Positions 61,675-64,000 of a stretch of DNA of 64,000 nucleotides are shown here, piece by piece. A model generated the notes under the pieces. It searched no databases and was not told the origin of the DNA. It saw only the letters and a program-made list of their open reading frames with translations. Positions within the stretch are counted from its first letter, which is position 1. The number at the start of each line of letters is the position of its first letter. The position numbers and the translations under genes were made by a program. Location: assembly GCA_964234715.1 (NCBI GenBank), contig OZ174284.1. One strand, 5' to 3'. The DNA comes from Podarcis melisellensis. Its lineage: Eukaryota.

Positions 61675-63719
61675 TATTGGGAACTGATGACAGGTCTATG
61701 CAATTTTTCAAACATATGTAAGAATTTTAATAAATCTCTGTTTTTAACCAGGGAATCTATGCTATGACTTCAAAAAGACATCTCAAAAACTTGCACATGG
61801 GTTTTGAAAAAACGCACAAAAACACGTAGTGCAATGTGTCAATCTCAAATGAAACATTGCTCCTATTGGAACGACTCCAAAAAAGAGATTAGTAGTAACT
61901 CAGACAGGAAGTAATAAAACCAATTCAGCTCCCCTCTGGGAAAGGTAATATCACAATCCTTGCGATGTTCCTGAGATGATAGAACACCAGGCTGGCAAAC
62001 AAGTTGATCTGATTGATAAAAGATAGACTGGAGCCTTTCCTTTCAAAAAAATTCGTTTTGACTAAAAAAAAAGAAAGAGAAAAAACATTTCTAATGAAGT
62101 AGCAGAAGAGTGCAACTGTTGTGTCAAAATCTTATCTTACCAGTTTAAAACACAAGCAAAAAGTTCCATCATTATTTCAGTTGTGAATGCTTTCTAAAAG
62201 CATGTTCAGACACTAGATTCTAAATTAATTCAAATCATCTTAATTTAAAACCTAACAGTGTCTGCTGTGAAGGATCTCCCAGTTTATTTTTCTCAGTAAC
62301 TGTGGCCCCGTGAGCTTGTCAACATCATCTGCTGGAGTGTGATGGTTGCCATGGCAGGACTATGGAGAGGAGCTTCACCCCCTACTTGTAAGGCTTTGGG
62401 GAATCGACTTCCTTCCCCGTGGCCGTAAATGAGCAGATCAAATGAAAGGGAATTATTACCAGTTAGTTTCTTTAATAAACACAGAAAAGGATAAAAGATA
62501 GCCTCTAACCAGAATGGTGGTGCTCCTAAGTAAGGATCCCACCCCCTTCTATCCCTATTAATCTACGTCACTTCTACGTCTTGTAAGAGTTTGTACCCTC
62601 TGTGCTTTCTGCTCTGCCAATTTCTGAGGATCAGGATCAGGAGGAGGGGGTGGCTCCCACCATTCTTCCTCAGTGCAGCCCCCCTCAGCACGGTCCCTGA
62701 CATTACAAGATCTCAGCAGGCCCTGCATCTCATGTGGGATCTCACCAAGGGACATGTTGGTGAAAACCTTCAAAAGGTTCTTCTACCTTCCTGATTTCCC
62801 TCTTTGACTCTTCAGCAGCAAGGGGAAACTTTCCCAGCCCACCCCCAGTTCAGAAGCCCCCACTGCAGCTGTCAATGCCTCCTGGTTAACACTGTTGGTA
62901 AGGAATTTTACTCTCATCCACAATGGCTTTTCACCCCACCCCCTCACAGTTTCTTTCAATTTTGCCATTCAAGTCCAGTTTTCCACATTTCTGCATCAGT
63001 GTGTGTGTATTCCTCATGAAAATTCATCAGCATTTTAATGCAAATTTCTCCTAATATACACATTTGTTGTATAATTTTGCACTTCTGCAAAGCAATTTCC
63101 TCGAATATAATGATGATTTGTTTCAGTTTCTTACCTGCCCCACACCATATGGCCCCAGGGCAGGATACAGCAATTTAAAAGTACAATATTAAAAAAAGGT
63201 TAAAACAGATTATGGGCACAAGAGTAGGGTTAGTCCTAAATATATAATTATGATAGCTCGACCTGTTCCTCAGGGAATTGAGAAAAGCTGCTGGTGTTTG
63301 AAGGCTAATGTGACTAGATCTTTATTTTTTAAAAAAAACTTTGTGGCACTTTCATGCCATCAGAGGTTCAACTCAGACTTGAGCATCTCGTCTATTCCCC
63401 CTTGGGAGGGGTGCTCCTAAGCAGAAGAGTTTGCATCTACCTCAATGTATTTAACTAGAGGAAAGTGAGAGGCCACCAGAAGGAAGCTACAGCCTCTCTT
63501 TACCATGGGGACAGACGGCAGGTACCCTGGGGCAAAATGAATTTTATCATAAATTCTTAATGCTGCATAGCAGCACTGTGTTATATATACCAAATTCCTG
63601 ACACAAACATCTTGGTCTTTCACAATGCTTTTGTTTGGGGCCTATTGCTCTTCCAGGACCCTGCTGCATTCCACTCTATGCTATTTTGCATAACACAAAA
63701 CCCCACTTTGCTCTTCTGT

Positions 63720-63789
63720 ATTTTAATATTCTGTTGGAAGCCGCCCAGAGTGGCTGGGGAAACCCAGCCAGATGGGTGGGTATAAATAA

Positions 63790-63839
<50 letters not shown>

Positions 63840-63848
63840 CGTTGTTAT
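63720..63848 (+). mobile_element. L2 LINE 3' tail with (TTG)n microsatellite
   Basis: GCCGCCCAGAGTGGCTGGGGAAACCCAGCCAGATGGGTGGGTATAAATAAA followed by (TTG)n. Confidence 0.75.
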
Positions 63849-64000
63849 CTTTCCTTACCTTTTCAACTGTTCCTGCTGATTTCTTTTTGTACCACTGTGA
63901 AGACTCCACAGTTCTTTAAATGCACATGCCCTTCGCTACCCCATAAAGACTTCATTGGATGTCACCCTTGCTTAATCCACCACCTTCTCACCACCACAAT

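Noticed and set aside
62338-62707. Solo LTR
   Set aside because: The termini are near-inverted (TGTGATG/CATTACA) but no TSD could be found; not enough support to call.

Overview
Eukaryotic genomic DNA, AT-rich and intron-rich. The SINE, L2 and Penelope repeat content points to a squamate, probably a lacertid lizard (inference). The + strand carries the 3' two-thirds of NRCAM (L1-family cell adhesion molecule). I traced its exons by hand through Ig5, Ig6, the 10-aa linker exon, FnIII-1 to FnIII-5, the transmembrane exon, the cytoplasmic exons, the 12-nt RSLE microexon and the last exon (FIGQY ankyrin motif, SFV PDZ ligand, stop at 47003). All splice sites are GT-AG and the phases are consistent. 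The 3' UTR runs to about 49.2 kb across a 155-N gap, followed by repeat-rich intergenic DNA. The main finding is an intact ~598-codon ORF (33967-35761) inside the cytoplasmic-domain intron. It has an in-frame splice acceptor, its own AATAAA, and a C-terminal half resembling the LAP2alpha/DIRS1-retrotransposon Gag domain. It looks like a transposon-derived alternative terminal exon that would replace NrCAM's ankyrin/PDZ-binding tail. Other points: the FnIII-3 furin site appears lost, the 12-aa alternative exon survives only with both splice sites mutated, and an upstream acceptor at the RSLE exon gives a truncated tail. Homology calls come from motif recognition and recalled ortholog sequences; no database searches were run.
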